A program made the translations under genes and the position numbers. From NCBI RefSeq assembly GCF_000284455.1, contig NC_017039.1, forward strand, positions 690,001 through 722,000: DNA of 32,000 bases. Direction: 5' to 3'. Of this stretch, positions 29,401 through 32,000 are shown piece after piece (the first letter of the stretch is position 1; each line of letters begins with the position of its first letter). The stretch comes from Synechocystis sp. PCC 6803 substr. PCC-P. GTDB lineage: Bacteria; Cyanobacteriota; Cyanobacteriia; Cyanobacteriales; Microcystaceae. Under the pieces are notes generated by a model. That model made no database searches, was not told the origin of the DNA, and was given only the letters and a program-made list of their open reading frames with translations.

Positions 29401-29773
29401 TACTATTGTCAAAAGTGAATCCCAGTAGTTCGGAATTTTCAGTTGCTTGCAGGCATAATTTTTGGAGCAACAAGATTCCTTGCTCAATGGCAACTTGGTT
29501 GACTTTTTCAGAAAATCCCCTGCGGATAAATTTCCGGAAAGCTTCAAAATTGCTTACATCTTCTTCGTCTAGATTTATTTTGCTAATACAATACCTAAAT
29601 TTTGCATAAAAATTTCTGAAAACTATATTTTCAGGTTCAGTAAAAGCTTTGATGAACTGATAAAAAAGCTTAGAGATTTCATAAAATTTTTCCTTTAAGC
29701 TCAGCTTAGCTTCACCAAGTAAGTATAAACTTTCGCATATTCCTGAAGCTTTTTGCTTATCGTTCATCAACAA
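26411..29773 (-). CDS. Dna2-like protein: PD-(D/E)XK nuclease domain plus SF1 (UPF1/DNA2-like) helicase
   Basis: 1120 aa; GRLDLLTIDSNGSKDIIELKSG ... QVVAYNMML; helicase motifs [74 protein letters not shown]. Confidence 0.88.
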   Translation of the reverse strand: MLMNDKQKASGICESLYLLGEAKLSLKEKFYEISKLFYQFIKAFTEPENIVFRNFYAKFRYCISKINLDEEDVSNFEAFRKFIRRGFSEKVNQVAIEQGILLLQKLCLQATENSELLGFTFDNSKYNNQYFTKLFQARRSPSTKYLKLLYTGHHRSQSKRAFHLYGFDLENLQTNIVIECDWFNAPHLFYLIDILKEDTLIACHNLVPVAENKYQAKSESLIVIEPDFLVDASAISECFGNKNTSSDIFWLTKLVGELAGAAAFKGTIVGYCLDELVRNKQINIAQIFTDYKKSDALRSAYLGEQEMTNIQTSIVQEHLPNISQLVQRLQAENLRIWIEPTFFSQHYGLQGRLDLLTIDSNGSKDIIELKSGGAPYPGREWKNHKMQVVAYNMMLESTYGNYVGNKEIFYSKSDQPRRNIVSESQEKNELIKIRNEIVSKIYQLAAGNFISLDKLKSDGAGELPEYNQRRLKRFQQNYQPEKLTTNYYQQLLSFILRELINNKISDHQQSELEDKHQTSTGFASLWLDNFNVKQNNYRLIYDLKLIKVDKEKSYLSLALTQTDVPHSFRSGDIVIIHPKINGVYEPLKQHIFKGSIKGINQNQIIVSLFNKQNDYSFIEQYNFWALEPDIFERNYWSSIVCLLEVLSCSMEKKQLLLGHLEPQKALIDYQVNIYLSNDQNQIICQALEAKHYYLLQGPPGTGKTSIFLVNYVQNLLKLNKKNIFILAFTNKAVEQICKALKSPRYGELIDYLRLGNKTVVDESLLAEKLTGDNADLWRKYLQENQVFVTTVSTFKDKYLLLREFVGEFDQLIIDEASQLTEADLAGIVVLFNKFVLIGDQKQLPAVITQNEEECRVEVEPFRRYAINISDLRISLFERLINNAKNKGWNHCYGQLTEHYRMHRDIASLIAHHYDRPLVEQTQEQRKIESSYENNDNDLLSKLSKSRTIFIETPSETSIQRKNTNEAIIAATIVKTYWENKLLPMAEIGIIAPFRAQVAEINQQLEKIFAGADFSRDSIVVDTVERFQGDERELIIFSTTISWSKQVKNIQSIADGDRQGTDRKLLVSISRAKSKLVILGNSSQLQFAPAYRELIKHIEQSNGLIDLEIGQKIVNSHGGEF

Positions 29774-29834
29774 TGTTCAGTAAGAGAACTGTAAAAACTT
29801 AGCATAGTCATATGGGTTATGAGTTCACTCTGAA

Positions 29835-31367
29835 TTAATTAAGGCGGTCGATGATAGACAAAGCCCCTCCTCCTAAGAGTGCTCCAATTGGACTAAATAA
29901 TTCCCTGAGGGTATCGGTAGCTTGAGTTAAACCACTGGTGTTAACTAAGACTACATCATTGTTTCTTAAAGTTGGATTTTTGTCAGAACTAATGTTAAGA
30001 CTAAAGTCAGGGGCGATATTAAGTCTCGTAACTGTGCCATCGGGATTTAAACGAATTAGATCAACGCTGGCTTTATCCGCCCGAATCGGGTCAAAGGAAC
30101 CGGCGGCCAAAATTGCTTGGTTTAAGGTGGAATTAGGCTGTAGCTGGATAGCACCACCTCGTCGCACTTCCCCCACAACGTTAACAGTGATGGAGCGGGG
30201 TGAAAAATTGGCAGTGGCAATGGCCTCAAATTCATCTGGTGACACTTCTTTAGCCTGGGGAACTGTAATGACGTCGCCGTTTTGGAGGATAACGTCTTTA
30301 TCTAGGTTGCCTTCGTCTAAGAGTTCCCAAAGATTGACCACAATCAACTCAAAGTTCCCGTCCCGATTTTCTCGCCGCACTTCCACATTGCGAATATCTG
30401 CTTGGGATTTAATACCACCGGCTTCTTGGATTGCTTGGGTCAGGCGCACCGGCTGGGTATTTTCTACGTTGGCACGACTGCTAGTTGCGGCTGTGCTGCT
30501 GTTGTCACCACTCACTTCGGTGATACTAGAGGCTCTAATGGCAGGGGAAATTTTGTAAGAACCAGGGCGAAAAATTTCCCCAATCACCGCCACGTTAATT
30601 TCTTGCTCAAAACGAATACCAAAATTTGCGTCGGCTAATTGTCGCACTTCCCTCGGATCTGTGGCAGTTTTGCTTGGGATAACCACAATATCACCATCTC
30701 TTAGGGTGACGTTTTGACGGGAATTTCCTTTCTGTAGCAGTTCCCACAGGTTGATGCTGTAGTTTTCTTGTTGATTACCCTTTTGCCGCCGCAGCTGCAC
30801 CCGACTGATGTCTGATACTGGGGTGAGACCGCCAGCCTGTTGAATTACTTGGGTGAGGGTAGGAAATTTCTGCCCGCCTTCGATCGCCAGGGCGTAGGCG
30901 CCGGGGGAATTGACCTCACCGGAAAGGGTGATGCTTAGGGGGCGAGGGACAGTCAGAATGGCAGTGACCAAGGGACGGCGAATATATTTTGCGTACTGGC
31001 TAACTAAAATTTGGTTTAGTTCTGGGATGGTTAGGCCGGCAACTCTGACAGTGCCAATGAGGGGAAAACCCACTGTGCCGTCCACTAAAACTTGATATTC
31101 TCCCGATAACCCTTCCACCTGCAGCACATCGACCCGGAGGCGATCGCCGGGGCCGAGGGTGTATTCACTCTCTGGAGGCAGGATAGAGGGAGCGTTTTGG
31201 GGACTGGTCTGCGGTAATAGACTAGGGGAAGGACTACCAATTTGAGCAAATGCTTCCTGTGTCCACAGACCTAAACAGGCCATGGTGGTTACCAGCACTG
31301 CACCACCGAGTTTAGAAGGGAAGGATTGACTAGGATTCATAGCATTCATCAAATGGAGAAAAGCCAA
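29835..31367 (-). CDS. Polysaccharide export outer membrane protein (Wza/GumB-like, SLBB domains)
   Basis: 510 aa; YTLGPGDRLRVDVLQVEGLSGEYQVLVDGTVGFPLIGTVRVAGLTIPEL followed by SLBB-like repeats (GEVNSPGAYAL, GEIFRPGSYKI, GEVRRGGAIQL). Confidence 0.93.
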   Translation of the reverse strand: MAFLHLMNAMNPSQSFPSKLGGAVLVTTMACLGLWTQEAFAQIGSPSPSLLPQTSPQNAPSILPPESEYTLGPGDRLRVDVLQVEGLSGEYQVLVDGTVGFPLIGTVRVAGLTIPELNQILVSQYAKYIRRPLVTAILTVPRPLSITLSGEVNSPGAYALAIEGGQKFPTLTQVIQQAGGLTPVSDISRVQLRRQKGNQQENYSINLWELLQKGNSRQNVTLRDGDIVVIPSKTATDPREVRQLADANFGIRFEQEINVAVIGEIFRPGSYKISPAIRASSITEVSGDNSSTAATSSRANVENTQPVRLTQAIQEAGGIKSQADIRNVEVRRENRDGNFELIVVNLWELLDEGNLDKDVILQNGDVITVPQAKEVSPDEFEAIATANFSPRSITVNVVGEVRRGGAIQLQPNSTLNQAILAAGSFDPIRADKASVDLIRLNPDGTVTRLNIAPDFSLNISSDKNPTLRNNDVVLVNTSGLTQATDTLRELFSPIGALLGGGALSIIDRLN

Positions 31368-31503
31368 AAGTTAAAGATCTGACTGGACTAAAAGAAAGGA
31401 TTATGTTCCTTTTGGTTTCCAAGTTCAAGGCCACCAGATTATCCCCATAGCCTGGGCACATTGTAGACGGATATCATATGTTCAGGTAGGCACTGTAAAA
31501 ATT

Positions 31504-31794
31504 TTGTTCAGCTTTTGGTTAACTTTTCCCATGGCCCGCAAGCAAAAATTTCCCCATCTCCTCGGTTCCAAATGGACAGCCCAACAAAAAACCTGGGGTT
31601 GGCGACACTTCCAAGTGGTCAATCGACGGCAGGAGGGTCAGTGGGTTTTTGCGGAAATGGTGGCCAGTTGCGATCCGAAAGTGCGGTTTTGGCTCAATGC
31701 CCAACAACTTAAAGATGATCTGCTCTGGCGCTCGGGCTGGCAACCCCTCCAGGCCATGGAAAGGGATGAGGAAGATCAGATAGCGCTAAAATAA
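31504..31794 (+). CDS. TIGR02450-like tryptophan-rich small protein
   Basis: 96 aa (or 87 aa from M at 31531); LLGSKWTAQQKTWGWRHFQVV ... VFAEMVASCDPKVRFWLNAQQLKDDLLWRSGW. Confidence 0.75.
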   Translation: MFSFWLTFPMARKQKFPHLLGSKWTAQQKTWGWRHFQVVNRRQEGQWVFAEMVASCDPKVRFWLNAQQLKDDLLWRSGWQPLQAMERDEEDQIALK

Positions 31795-31825
31795 CCTCCG
31801 AGTCATTAATCCTCCCCCCATAACC

Positions 31826-32000
31826 ATGTCCCTCCCCGTTCCCTCCACCATTGATGAGGCCATCTCCGAGGCGATCGCCGCCACCCAAAGGGCCTTAGAT
31901 GATGGCTACCGTCGTATCCAGGTGGAATTGGCGGTGCCAGAAATTGCCCTCCAAGCCCAAGCTATTGCCTTAGAATTTAGCCAATTATTTGCTGATCAAG
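31826..32000 (+). CDS. DUF1995-like protein, N-terminus, truncated by window edge
   Basis: ATG at 31826: MSLPVPSTIDEAISEAIAATQRALDDGYRRIQVELAVPEIALQAQAIALEFSQLFADQ. Confidence 0.6.
   Translation, partial: MSLPVPSTIDEAISEAIAATQRALDDGYRRIQVELAVPEIALQAQAIALEFSQLFADQ

Noticed and set aside
29938-30558. 206-aa plus-strand ORF
   Set aside because: Antisense to the Wza/GumB-like export gene; composition typical of a shadow ORF.
1-32000. CRISPR array, tRNA, rRNA, IS transposase or prophage
   Set aside because: No regularly spaced direct repeats, no recognisable RNA gene, and no transposase, integrase or phage structural ORF seen. HIP1 octamers are dispersed, not arrayed.

Overview
This window is a cyanobacterial chromosome segment that looks like Synechocystis (close to PCC 6803 in gene content and order, dense in GCGATCGC/HIP1 sites). 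Mostly core genes are recognisable: the pixG-pixH-pixI-(pixJ) phototaxis operon, an RNase II-family exonuclease, a thioredoxin-fold protein, a 665-aa FtsH protease, feoA-feoB, a small Hli protein divergent from a multi-GAF cyanobacteriochrome histidine kinase (Slr1393-like), a TetR regulator, a glycosyltransferase-like protein (Slr1395-like), cofG, an esterase, a SpoIID-like protein, a DUF1350-like protein, a 2Fe-2S ferredoxin-like protein, a membrane/coiled-coil/BRCT protein, a Dna2-like nuclease-helicase and a Wza/GumB-like polysaccharide export protein. The most notable region is about 17.5-20.0 kb: three short, codirectional, unrelated orphan ORFs, each followed by an attC-like inverted-repeat element. 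Two stop codons lie inside the attC R-box. No integrase is visible, there is no HIP1 site between about 17.24 and 20.06 kb, and the block is bracketed by two slightly diverged copies of the 3' end of the slr1395-like gene. It reads as an integrase-less integron cassette array (CALIN) in a cyanobacterial chromosome. All calls come from reading the sequence and family recall; no database search or folding software was run.
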